A DNA stretch of 50,371 nt, filler included, from Streblomastix strix (lineage: Eukaryota), in the NCBI GenBank assembly GCA_008636045.1. It is 3 parts of 3 records of this genome, joined end to end, with 100 filler letters (N's around TTAATTAATTAA, not from the genome) between each part and the next. Parts side by side here need not be neighbours in the genome. Positions count along the whole stretch, not along the records: positions 1 to 16,741 come from SNRW01000772.1; positions 16,842 to 33,579 come from SNRW01000773.1; 1 more part is not named here. The stretch is one strand, 5' to 3'. The notes below the pieces were generated by a model that had not been told where the DNA came from, did not search any database, and saw nothing but the letters and a program-made list of their open reading frames with translations. Shown one piece after another: positions 12,558 through 28,602 of the stretch (position 1 is its first letter; every line of letters starts with the position of its first letter). The position numbers were made by a program, and so were the translations under genes.

Positions 12558-13439
12558 AATGTGAACTATTGATTAGGTAAAATTAGAGAAATTTAAATAA
12601 ATTTAATTGGAGAAAATAAAAAGCATTTTTTTATTTAAACATATAAAAACAATATGAATAAAACAGATTGAAAGTTTAAATTAGTAAATTTGAAATTAAA
12701 TCACTTTGTAAAATAAAATTATTGTTATATAAACACTTTATTTATTTTTTCCATGGTGCATGAGCACGATTTAAGATTTAAAAAAAATTAGTTTTTTGAA
12801 TTGCAATATAATGAGTTTTAATGAATATAAATTTATTCAAATTATACGTATATAAAAATAATGCTTCAAAAATTAAGGAAATTTTTAATACACACAAAAT
12901 GATTAGAGGTATTGTTTGAGTTTTTTCACAATTTCATGGTTTTTATTAATATACTAACATAGAGTGTCACTATTTTATAAGGCATATGCAAATACCGAAT
13001 TCTTACCATTGCGTGTATTGGTACCTAATTATTTTTTAAACTAATTATTTGAAGGAAATTAAAAAATTTTGTTTGAAAACTGAACATTGTGTTTTAATGT
13101 TTTATATATTCCTGAATTTTCAATTATAAATGTAATTATAAACAATATTCAACAAAAAAATTAAAACAAGCATGAATCGTTGTGGAATACAGCCTTCATC
13201 ACAGTTTTTCCATATATAACAGCTTAGATTGTAATATAATATTTTATTTAATATAATTTATATTACGCATATAATTAAATTGATATTTTACAGTTTTATA
13301 TTAAAAACCGCTGACGAAACTCAATTTTTATTTTCGATTAGAAAATTGCATATTTTTTAATGCCCAGCTTTATTCATATCTATATTTCTTTTTACTTATT
13401 TATTTATTTTTATTTTCTTGTTAAAATTTACCAGTGCGA

Positions 13440-16741
<3,302 letters not shown>

Positions 16742-16841
16742 NNNNNNNNNNNNNNNNNNNNNNNNNNNNNNNNNNNNNNNNNNNNTTAATTAATTAANNN
16801 NNNNNNNNNNNNNNNNNNNNNNNNNNNNNNNNNNNNNNNNN
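16742..16841. other. Artificial contig-join spacer
   Basis: 100-nt block of N with central TTAATTAATTAA (16786-16797), a six-frame stop linker; the same block recurs at 33580-33679. Confidence 0.95.
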
Positions 16842-16843
16842 CT

Positions 16844-19800
16844 TGTAAAACACTAGATGCAACAGCATTGAGATCAAATTTAAACACATCCACTGAATAT
16901 ACAGTATATATAATGAATAAAACAACTCTCTCTTCAAATTTCACAATATAATCAACATAATCTTCACCGTTTACATTTACAAACAATCCCGAAATTAGTT
17001 CAATATAAAGTGAAATTAAAATCAATAAATATGGAGGCCAATTCAATATTGAAGGATTAACACTTTTTGAATATATAAACTTCTCAATGTCAGCTGCAAT
17101 ATCAAATTCATATGGCGGTGCTATTAATGCACATCTTACTTCTTCATCTGGTAGGTTAGATATAATAAGCTGTAATTTTATTGGATGCAGGGCAGGTTCT
17201 TCTGGAGGTGCGCTATATTATTAAATAGGAAACCAAGATGAGTCAACATTGAGAAATCTTACGTTTAATCAATGTTAAGCATATAGTAATGGGAGTGGCA
17301 TCCTATTTGCTTTGCATACATATGGGAAATTAAGAATAACTGGATCATGCGCATTCACAGATTGCAAAACTGAATCAAGTTCTGGATAGGGAGGTGCTTT
17401 ATATGGCTTAGTAAGTGACGAGAATAGTTAATTAACATTTGAAGATTCAGTAACATTTGAAAGATGTTCAAGTGTTCAGGGAGGTGGAATGAAATTGTAT
17501 ATTAACAGCTCTGGTAAGCTTAGAATGACTGGATCTTGGTTATTTACAAATTGCAGCTGTAAATCGTTAGGTGGCGGTTGCATGATTAGTAATGAGAAAA
17601 ATTATGAGATGTATTTATTAGGAACCATGAATTTTGAAGGATGTCTAAGTGAAGGATATGGTGGAGGATTATGTGTCTAAAGTTAAGGTGTAGGATAAAT
17701 CTCAATTAATGAAATGTAATTCTCTAATTGCAATTCCACAATTGAAGGAGGGGGATTCTATTCTGAATTACTTCATGGAGTATAAATTACATTTACTGGA
17801 AAGATTACATTTGATAATTGTAATAGTAATGGTTCAGGAGGTGGAATTGGTTTTGGTAATGTTGGAGCAATTGTAAGTTTTAATACAACAGAATAGATAT
17901 TGATATTTAATTGCAACAGTATGCATTCAGGTGGTGGAATTTACTGTTAAATTGCTGATAAAGGATTAGTTTAGGTAAACAATATGAAATTCAACAAATG
18001 CAATTCTCAAAATAGTGGAGGAGGAATTTATGCATATATTGAAGATGGAGGTTAATTAATCCTTGATAAATCATGTGAATTATATCTATGTGAAAGTTAC
18101 TGGAATGGAGGAGGAATCTATATTTAGATCAATTTTACTGAACAGTGTAAGTTTGTGATCAATGATGTATATATTCACGAATGTAAAGCTCTGAATAGTA
18201 CAAATACATCATTATCATTTTCTTAATCTGGTTTTGGAGGAAGCTTGTTTCTTGGTGTTGAAGAAGATTATGATCCTTCAACTGAATTAATTGATCTTCA
18301 TGGGATGAAGATATATAATAATTCAGCTGAAAAATTTGGATAAAGCTTATTTGTAGTAATGATATAAATTGAAGATTTTTGCAAGTATGGAACATAAGGA
18401 GAATATGCAAAAGGGAATTACAGTGATACATATTCTGATGAATAAGAACTTGAAGGAATTCCAATGGATTTAATTTCATTCAATTCTTCATCTCCTTAAA
18501 CAATTGAATAATAATAATAACCTCTTGAACATTGGTGGAGAATATTAGGAATTCTGAAAAGTGCATAAGTTATTGTGAATGTCTCAAATCCAAATGGAAA
18601 GTTAATATTTCGTATTGAAGGATAAAGAATGATTTCAAGATATCTGAATGTGAAGATATTTGAATTGAGAGATAAAACATAAGAAGAAATTGATTAAGAA
18701 TAAAAAGAAAAGGATTATAAATACAATAAGAATAATGTCAAATCATTAAAAAGAAATTCTCTATAATCTCAAATTTCACCAAAATATTAGACGATTAATC
18801 AATAACAAATATCAATTAACTCAAATCTCAAAATAGAACAGAAACATAAGAATTATTAAAATGAGATAATTTATCCCCCAGAAGATGGATCAAGTTCTCC
18901 AATACAAATTGAAGGTGAAATTTCAAATGATTAAACAGCAACATTTGGAATGAATGAATATAATTGGCTTAATTACAAATAGAAAGTTTTAGGAGTTTTG
19001 ATCTCAAATGATAGAAACATATTCACAGGAAAAGATGGACTTATAATTGAAGATGATGAAAATGCAGCAGTTTAATTAGAAGTTATAATTGAAGATGATG
19101 TTGAAAAAGAAGAAGATAAATAATAATAATAAGAAGAATAAGATGAAGATAAAAAAGAAGGAAAAGGACTTCCAATTGGTATTATTTTGGGTATTGCAGT
19201 TGGAGCTTTGATCATTGTTACTGTGATTATCATAATAATCTTTGTTTCTTTTGTCATAACAAAAAAGGTATTTTTAATTATATTTCAAATTTTATAACTA
19301 TAATGGATTTATATTATTGCAAATATAATCATTTTTATTTCATTCATTCATAATTTATTTATTTATTCATTTATTTATTTCATATACTCTCCAAAAGAAA
19401 TCAAAAAATGATGCATAAATGAATACGTTTGAAATTAGGATCAATGAAGATACATTGGAAACCAACTTACTGCAAGATTGCCATTCTCCTGATGTAATAA
19501 ACTAATCATAGGATTATAACTTGATTAATATGTCAGAATAATAACCTTAATAAATAGAACATATAAATACTTCAAGAGATTAATCATATATAATTCCATT
19601 AGATTAATCTATTTTAAATCATTCTTCATCATCATCTGATACTAATTTCGTAACTTCGTGGAAGTTGTCAGATTGTTTGCTAACCTTAAAAATAATGTTT
19701 TATTTTATATTTAATTATTGTTTTATGTTTATTATTATACATATATTTATTTTCTTTCCTTTTATAATATAATATTATAGTTGAGAAGATCAAAAAGATT

Positions 19801-21213
19801 GGAAAAGGAGCATTTGGAACAGTTTGGAAAATGAAAGAAATCAAAAGCTAACGAATTGTAGCAATAAAAAAAATTGATTATGATTCTGATGATGAGAAAT
19901 AAAGATTTGACAAAGAAGTTTCTGTGATGCGAGAAGTATATCATATTCTATAATAAGCATCTTCTTCTTCTTCTACATCATTATCATCATCTCAAAGTTC
20001 TGATTCTCAACCTCAAATCATTCATGTTGTTGAACCGCTTGGATACTTTTTGAATGAAGATAAAGACAAAGCATATCTCGTTCTTGAATACTGTGAAAAT
20101 GGAGACCTTCGGTAGTATATTTAAAAGATGAAGAATTCTGGAACTGAGATTACAAATGCTGTGTGAAATATATTATAATAAATTAAATATTATAATAATT
20201 ATTCATATTCATATTCATATTGTATTATAAACAGAAAGCCTTTGAGCTTATCAGACAAATAACTTTGGCTTTGAATCAGCTACATATGAATGGAATAATT
20301 CACGGAGGTATGAATCATTTGAACTATGTAGATAAATCTAAACATTGTTTATTTCTTATATTTTTCATTAGACATCAAGCCAGAAAACATTCTCTTAACT
20401 GAAGACTTTCAAGTCAAACTCTGTATTCAAAATTAATTTAATTTGCAATTACTATTATTATCAAATTAATAATTTTTATTTATAAGCTGATTTTGGTCTG
20501 ACTCGTAAATTACAAGAGGGCAGAGGATACACAACAAATCATGGAGGCACAACGTATTATTATTTAATTACTATATTGAAATATTATATTATTTAATTAC
20601 CATCAAAAATATTATATTATTTAATTACTATATTGACATATTATATTATTTAACATTTAATCCATTTCATTTTGAAGATATTACCTTGCTCCTGAACTTC
20701 TTCATGGACAATCAGCACATGGGTATGAAAAATAATATTAAAAGAATTTATCAAATTTTTTTAATTTATTTTCTTATCCTATCTTTCTTTTATTTTCATA
20801 TGATATCAACTATCAGGAAAAGAATGCAAACTATCGCGGCTGATATCTGGTCTTTAGGAATACTGTTATTCGAACTTCTTGCACAAAAACATCCATTCTT
20901 CGGCAGTAATGTATGAATAAAATAATTTTATTTTCATTTCTATTATATATTTTTGATTGAATTAAGGATATTGATCTTTCTCCTCTAGAAATCTATCACC
21001 GCATTATTGATGAAGAACCTGCTGAACTTCCTGATCATTATTCTAATAATTTGAAGAAGTTGATCAAAATGATGCTAATTAAAGTATAAATCTTATTTTT
21101 AGATAACAAATAAACATTATAATTAATTAATTGATTAGGATGTTGCTCGTCGTATTACAGCTGAAGCTATTCTTGATGTTCATGAAGTTACAATCAGTCA
21201 ATCCAAGAATTGA
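16844..21213 (+). CDS. Receptor-like kinase: Pmp-like GG[AG]I/FxxC beta-helix ectodomain, single TM helix, non-RD Ser/Thr kinase (5'-partial)
   Basis: One open exon 16844-19267 with repeated GGAI/GGAL/GGGI and FxxC motifs, an acidic stalk and TM GLPIGIILGIAVGALIIVTVIIIIIFVSFVITKK; then spliced exons giving GKGAFGTV, VAIK, HGDIKPEN, SDFG, YLAPE, ADIWSLG, RRITAE; TGA 21211-21213. Confidence 0.9.
20557..20655. repeat. ~29-bp intronic minisatellite
   Basis: Three to four copies of an ATATTATATTATTTAATTACTATATTGA-like unit inside a kinase intron. Confidence 0.7.
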
Positions 21214-21327
21214 GAAAAAGAAAATAGAATGTATTTAAAAGAAGATTTATATTTAAATATTGATAATTAATATATGATAATTCTTTTTAATTTATTAATA
21301 TTTAATTATTCATTTTATATACCTCAG

Positions 21328-21462
21328 AAGAACGCAAAGAGACCAATGAGATCTTGTGTATCTGAAATAAGAGCGCGTAATTTGCCAATGGAAAACAAGT
21401 TCCTATAGAATAATCATTCTCTTGATGCATTGAACAAAGCGATGATAGACAACAATTAGTGA
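21328..21462 (+). CDS. Orphan terminal exon encoding a 44-aa cytoplasmic tail, candidate alternative last exon of the receptor gene
   Basis: CAG acceptor at 21325-21327; phase-0 frame KNAKRPMRSCVSEIRARNLPMENKFLQNNHSLDALNKAMIDNNQ-TGA; aligns without gaps to the juxtamembrane exon at 19398. Confidence 0.65.
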
Positions 21463-21908
21463 ACGCAGAAAAGTACTAAAACTAATTTTATCTTTTTATT
21501 TTTCTCAAAGCTTCTTTAATTTTCATATTAATTTTTTATTACAATATTTAATAAGAAACTTATTAATAAATTTGTAATCATTTAAGATATCATCATATTT
21601 TTTAACTGACATTCATCTCATTAAAATGTAAGTTATAATTTCTAATAATTCATGAAGTTACGTTGATCCATTTTTCCATTAATTAAAACTCTGGTCTTAT
21701 TCTGCTTTTCAAAAGGTTGTTGTACAAATTTATGAACAGTTTATTGAATTTTAGCATTATCCTATTTATTTATAACTATTCTAAATGTTAATTTTTCATC
21801 ACACGACGAAATAAAAATAAAAACAGATTTTCTAATTAAATGTTATTTAAATATTAATACAAATTTATTATTTTTGTTTTATTATTTATTTTACAGATTA
21901 ATACAAAT

Positions 21909-22484
21909 ATGAGCATTGCACAAGTAATGAACTATAGTCCAATCAAAGAAAATATAGTTAAACTCGAAAAATCCGATATTTCTGGGAACAGCTGCACTCT
22001 GGACAATTTACTTTATGCCAATGTAGCCGAGATCTACTTTGAATTGGTAGCTCAAGAGCTCTTGAAGACTCTGGAGGACTATTTTTTGGGTACTAGCTTG
22101 AATCTCACTGTTCCGAATTTTGTACAATTCCTCAATTTCTTGAGGGTGAATGCTTGTTTGTCTATTGAAGAGTGCATCATTGCGATAGCTCTACTCAAAA
22201 GATTCATACAGAAGTAGTCTTTGAAAGGTGTTTAACTTCTGAAAGCTAACAACATTGGAACTTTTCTCATTGTTCTTTTCATTGATACAATAAAAATTCA
22301 TCGAGATTATGCATTCAAGAACAGCTGCTTCGCTCGAATATTTGATATACCAATAAGAGTCATAAATTAATCAGAACTTGCCTTTCTAAGAATTATTGAT
22401 TTCGATACTTGGATATAGCAGGAAACGTTTTCTCGTCTGTTTTAAGATATTCTGAATGTTCTATTAATTAAAATTGAACATTGA
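21909..22484 (+). CDS. Cyclin, PHO80/CycP-like (191 aa)
   Basis: Single frame ATG 21909 to TGA 22482-22484 in code 6; cyclin-box pattern FVQFLNFLRVNACLSIEECIIAIALLKRF..NNIGTFLIVLFIDTIKIHRDYAFKNSCFARIFDIPIRVINQSELAFLRIIDFDTWI. Confidence 0.82.
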
Positions 22485-22982
22485 TTTATCAAAGTATTTA
22501 TTTTTTAATTTAAATTCTTTGAAATATCTCTTAAATATGATTTTCAATGATAGTATTATGATTTAATTTTTTTTTTGATAATAGAAATTGTTTTAATAAG
22601 TTTTAATTTTATAATTTTTTATCTATCGTTCAAATGTAATTAAATTTTTAATTTTTCTTAATTTAAATAAGTATTTTTTAACTAATTTTCAGGAAGAATT
22701 TTATTTTAAACGATTTTTTTAAGATAAATATTTTTGATTTTCTCTCTACTAAATTAAATGTATTTTTCCTTTCTTAATCAAGTTAATTTATATTTTTTAT
22801 TGTTCTTTAGTATAAATTCCATTTGTATTTGTTTAAATACTTTGTGATTTAATAGTATATATTAATCAATAACACTAATAGCATATTTAATAAAAACCGT
22901 ATTAATTTTTTCATAAATAAAAAATAAAAACAATTTTCAAAACATGAAATTAACTTATTTATTATATCATTTAACTATATAC

Positions 22983-25900
22983 TCATTTCTTAAACTAAGA
23001 ACTCTATGAGAAATATGGATACTCTTAAGATGGTTGTACTGGCGATGACCAAGGACCAATTATAGGTTTAATAGATGAATATTTAAATTTCTTAGAAGAT
23101 GATGAAGATGAAGATAGCTAATCATGAAGTGTCGGTTGCTGATGTTTATGAAGCGCATCTAATTTCTATTAATTCATTTAATGGAGTTTCATAATCTTGC
23201 GATAGTCGTCTATAGCGTTCTGATGCTATTCTGTAATGTGCAACTCTAATCTACTGATAATGTCCCAATGGTCACAGCAAGGGCATTAATAATGCATTAC
23301 ATCATCAGCTGGCTATTCATTTAATGTGTTGTTATCGCTTGTATGGCGGTTTTATATATTAGCTTTGAATATCAAAAGAGAGTAATCAAAGAAATTCTCA
23401 TAATTAAATCCAAGAACTTTGGTTATATGATTTTAAAGTTCCTTTTCAAGTTATAATATTTCTTTATTTAATTCAAATTAAGCATTTTCATATTCTTTTT
23501 CTTTTTCTCTTTTTATTTTTCTTAAACTTTTCTTAGAGGATTATGACATATTATTATTTGATTAAGATGATGAAGATGAAATATTATTATTTGATTAAGA
23601 TGATGAAGATGAATTACTACTTTGTGATTAAGATGATGAAGATGAATTACTACTTTGTGATTAAGATGATGAAGATGAAGAGAATAGGCATCTAAAAAAG
23701 GAGAAACAGCCAATTTTGCGCTCAGAATAGCTTTAATCGAAACTCGGATCTTCATTATCAATAAGATTTTATTATTCGTTTTTACTCTTTCCTTCATTGT
23801 ATTCAATTGATTTATTTTTATTTTTATTTTTATTTTATTTTTAATTTCTTTAATGCATTCCTTCTTTATTTTAAATTTTTCTTCTGTTAGGAATGTTTCT
23901 TACTTGTTGTTAATTAACATCCAAATTCAAAATCTACTTGATTTATTCATTATTTTGATTAATATTCAAGAATTCATTATACTCATTGTTATGTCTGCTT
24001 GAAACATGGTTTATTATTAGTTATATATTAATTACATCATGATCCTTGCAATATGGACAATTAACTACTCTTTAATCTTCTTAGTTATCTTATTATTATT
24101 ATTCTTCAACTTCTTTGATATTTTCCAGTTGAACTTAAATTATATACATTTCTATTAATTTTTAGTTCTTATCCAAATGTTCTTATAATATATGATTATT
24201 CAATTATTTCATAAAAATAATTTCATAGCAAAAAGGACATTTAATTTACCCTTCTAAAATTGTAATATTTTAATTAATCGATCTTGAGCTAGAATTTTCT
24301 CTTTATGATTAAGGTTATTAAGAATCAAAACCCAATTCATCTAAATTTTATTTATCTTTTAATTCAATTATTGACTTATCTCCTGTTTAAAAATCTTATT
24401 TAATTATTAATTAACTTGATAATAAATTGTTATTATTTTAATAGTTTTCTTACTATTCAGCAATTTTTTCTTATTCAATTCTTTATTATTCAGCAATTCT
24501 TTCTTATTCAATTCTTTATTATTCAGCAATTCTTTCTTATTCAATTCTTTATTATTCAATTCTTTACTATTCAGCAATTCTTTCTTATTCAAGCCTGTAT
24601 TTTTCTAATTTTTCCTTCTCAATCATTTCTTATATTATTCTTTCATTATCTTTTCTTTCTTATTCAATTCTTTCTTTTTCTTTTCTTTCTTTCTCAATTC
24701 TGTCGTTTTCTATATTTTATTTAGCTAATGCTAAATTTCCAATAATTGAAATTTCTTTATCTTTAACTACTCTTTTTGATGAAGTATTATTAACTTTATT
24801 ACTAATGTTCTATTCTACATTTATTTATTGTATTTAATTATTAGTGTGCTCTATATTATCTTTCTTATTTACAGGAACTGGAGGAAGTTTAACATCGGGA
24901 GAAGGGAGCTTTATATTTGTAGAGGACATTGTAGAAGGAGAAGGTGAACGGTATATCTCAATATTAGTATGAGGAGGTGATATACGATTTTATACATAGT
25001 TATTTTATGCATAATTATTTTATGCATAATTATTTTATGCTTAATTATTTTATATATAATTATTTTATAAAGTTTGAATTTATTGATTATTTGCATTGTT
25101 TGGGAAATGATTTTGGATATTATTCTGAAGTTTAGGAGGATTAGGTTAAGGTTATTAATAATAACTATAAGGATTTTGAATTTATTAAGGTTGAATTAAA
25201 CCTAAATTTAATTACTATTATTGTTATAATTATAATTATTATTATTATTATTGTTAAAATAGTAATTATTATTATTGAATTTGTTGTTATTGTTATTACT
25301 GCAAAACTAACTATTGTTATTATTAAATTTATTGTTATTATTGTTCTAATTATACATCTGGATGGATTGGTATTTTGTAAACATTTTATTGAATATTCTG
25401 TTGTTATAATTATTATGGAATTTGATTTGTTTGTTGAGGTTAATATTAATATTAATTTATCTATTGATTTGGTTTATATTGTTATAATTATTATTATGCA
25501 TATATTTATTAAGGATTATTTTATTGTGGATTATTTTGATATATTATTTAAGGTTTTCTTGTACTAAGAATTTTTAATTCTTCTGCTTCTGGATCAAAAT
25601 TCAAAAAGACCTGAATGAATATTTATATAATAATGAAACAATTATAAATATATATAATAAATAATAAAATAATGAAGATAAATAATAAATAATAATAATA
25701 ATTACAATTGTAATTGTTTATATTCAATTAATTAATTACCTTTATTTCTGGTGAAGGAACAATGAATGTTGCATTAGTATCATAAATTGTTATCCAAGTT
25801 TCTCCTTTTTATTATGCATTCGTTGCTGTTATTATAAAATAATATAAAATTGAATAATATATTAATTATAATTATTATATGAACTAAAAATTATATAATT

Positions 25901-27890
25901 TTATTTAATTAAAATACAAACCAGATTAAGCAATCTATAAAGCATATTAACTAATTTCTGAACTTGCTTGTTGTGCTATAAAAAATAAATAATAATTATA
26001 ATATTTAACAAAATTTCAAAATTTAATTAATAAATAAAATACGGATAAATTTATTAATTTTAATTATTTCTGTTCATACATGTGAAGAATGGATGTTGAA
26101 GTGCTTGTTCGGCTGAATATCTTTACTTTGGATCAAAATTAAGCATTTTAGATAATAAATCCCAAAGAATGTCATCTTTAATAGCTGCATGACGATTAAT
26201 TCTTTTCATCCAGGCCATCTTACTGTGAATAAAGAAATATTATTATTAAAATGGAATAATATATTTGTAATAATTAAAATAAATTATTAGTTGTAAATAA
26301 TATATATAACAAAATAATATTGGTTGAATGCAAACTTTTGAAGTTCTGGAAATCCTCCTGCTTAAATTGGATATTCATGAGTCAATAGTTGGAAGAACAC
26401 AACACCCAAAGACCAGATATCGACCTATAAAAATAAATATATACGAATAAGAGAAATAAAAATAATGGTATATTAATAAAAATAAATTATTAATTTTTTT
26501 TTCCAATTCAAATATTAATAAAATTTATATTTAAATTAAATACTTTATTATCACTATAAAAAGAATGGTTAACAAGCTCGGGCGCCTGATGAAGTAAATA
26601 ATAATAATAATAAATAAGAAGAATAATTAAATTAATTTAATTTATTTTCACTAAGAAAATAATTATATAATTATATACCATATTCAATGGAGTTCCACAG
26701 GAAGTTATTTTCAATTGATTTTCCTAATTTATTTTAGCTAATCCAAAATCTGCTATTTTCGCCTTGACATTTCCTGAATAATATATTCAATATAATAATA
26801 TAAATAAAATAAAATTTATATTAAGATATAAAATTAATTGAAATATTTATATATTAATTTATTATGTATTTTTAATTATTATGTTTAATTACACACCTTG
26901 CTGAGCATGGAGCATGATATTTTCTGATTTGATATCTCTGATAATATATTATGTTTGTATAAATAAAATATAATACAAAAATAAAAATAACACAAAAGCA
27001 AAATATAAATTTATTTAAAAGCAAATTTGACTTAAATACCTGTGGATCAATTTGGCAGAATGAATAATTCTTAATCCTTCAACTGATAAATATACAATTG
27101 CAAAAAATTATAAAATAAATAGTATCATTAATATATCAAAAATTAAATATATTAAGAACATTAAGAAATAAAATTCATACGGAGTTGTTTTGCAAGTGCT
27201 CTAAATGTTGGTATTGATAAAAATTGATATTGATTTTTCACAATAACATCAAGAGACTGAATAATAGATTAAATTATTAAATGAAAATATATTTAAGAAT
27301 AAATTATTCAAATAAAAAATAAAGAACATTAAATCATACTTTCGCATTTGCATAACTCATAAGAATAACTACATCATTCTCAAATTATTTTGCAAACAGA
27401 TACTTCACAACAAATGGACACTAAAATTCAGGTCTGAATAAAAGTTCAATAATAAAATAACTATTCAAAATAGAGATGAAATTCACACTTATTAAGTGCC
27501 CCCGCTGCGTCCCACTCTTTCTCGTCGAACTTCTCTATCCGTAAGACTTTCGCTGCAATAACTCCAAGATCGTTGTGGAATGCCAAATATACTCTGAATA
27601 ACCAAGAAAATAAAAAGTGGGCAATGTGAAAAAAATGGAAGATTAGATAATTTGTAAAAAATTGAAGCGTACCTGCCATATGCACCTTAACCTAATCATT
27701 GCAGAATAAAAATTATAAAATAAATAATTAAATAAAAATGGCTGAATAAATAAAATTGACAATTGCAAACCCAGTGTCTTTATAGGCTGAAGATGAAAAA
27801 TAAAAAAAAATAAGCTTTATTTAGTGCTCGAGCAAAAACAAATTGGTATACTTCGATGTTGTTTTACTGTAGTAGTTATAGATCTTCCAT
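22983..27890 (-). CDS. Ser/Thr protein kinase with Q/N/P-rich region, coiled-coil repeats and C2H2-like zinc fingers
   Basis: ATG 27890, TGA 22985-22983, about 13 introns; LGQGAYGRV, IAAK, HRDIKSEN, ADFG, GTPLNMAPE, VDIWSLG, RYSAEQALQHPFF; last exon contains CPFCYEIIFMKQLNNHILQEH and CPCCDHWDIISRLELHITEQH. Confidence 0.88.
23560..23680. repeat. 33-bp coding tandem repeat (Ser-rich 11-aa unit)
   Basis: About 3.7 copies of TGATTAAGATGATGAAGATGAATTACTACTTTG; minus strand reads SSSSQSQSSNS. Confidence 0.85.
24453..24592. repeat. 33-bp coding tandem repeat (IEQERIAEQQR coiled-coil unit)
   Basis: About 4 copies of TTCAGCAATTCTTTCTTATTCAATTCTTTATTA. Confidence 0.85.
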
Positions 27891-28602
27891 AAAAATGTTT
27901 TTTTAATTGTTTGGAAATTAGTGTGCAATGTAAGCAAAATATAACCAAATTTTTGATTAAGAAATTTGCTTTCTTACAAAGACCTCAAAGTCTTAAATTT
28001 AATTTTGAATGTATATAGTCTTATTTTGTATAATATAATAATTGACTTTTAAGTAAGAAATAAGAATTTTTATCTAAAAAAAAATATATTTAAGTTTTGT
28101 TATATTTTATATATGAAACAAGCAAATATTAGTGCTCTTGATAGATAGTAAATGATGAAATGGGTACAACAAGGAGAAAAGTTTTGAGATATTAAAGAAA
28201 TGAATGGAAGAATATTAATATTAAATGAGAGAAAAAATCTTGAAATAAAGTAAAAATAAAAAAAATTATTAAGTATATTAAAAAAGAATAGATAAATTTA
28301 ATAAATATAATTTTTAAAAAATGGAGTAGGAATCGTTAATCTGCTGGATATATATTCATCACATATCATCTTCATCATCATTAATTATCAAACATATCAA
28401 TTCATTTATTGTTACTTATCAAACATATCATTTCTTTTATCAATCTTTATTTCTACATTTTCAAAGTCATTTCATTATCAATCATTCATCATTTCAATTC
28501 ATTTCCAATATCATTTCATTATCAATTCAATATCACCATTTCTCCTTCTAAATACAATTCCTCCATCATTTCCCCTTCATTTAATCCAATCCATTGTCAA
28601 TT

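Noticed and set aside
12960..13230. Exon-like GC-richer patches between the divergent kinase genes
   Set aside because: Could not assemble a consistent spliced frame or recognise a motif.
16742..16841. TTAATTAATTAA palindrome within N runs (also 33624-33635) as a biological site, and any gene linkage across it
   Set aside because: Identical synthetic six-frame stop linker; the three pieces are 16741, 16738 and 16692 nt, consistent with size-sorted concatenated contigs.
23560..24592. CRISPR-like 33-bp repeats
   Set aside because: Head-to-tail coding repeats with no unique spacers, in a eukaryotic gene, with no cas genes.
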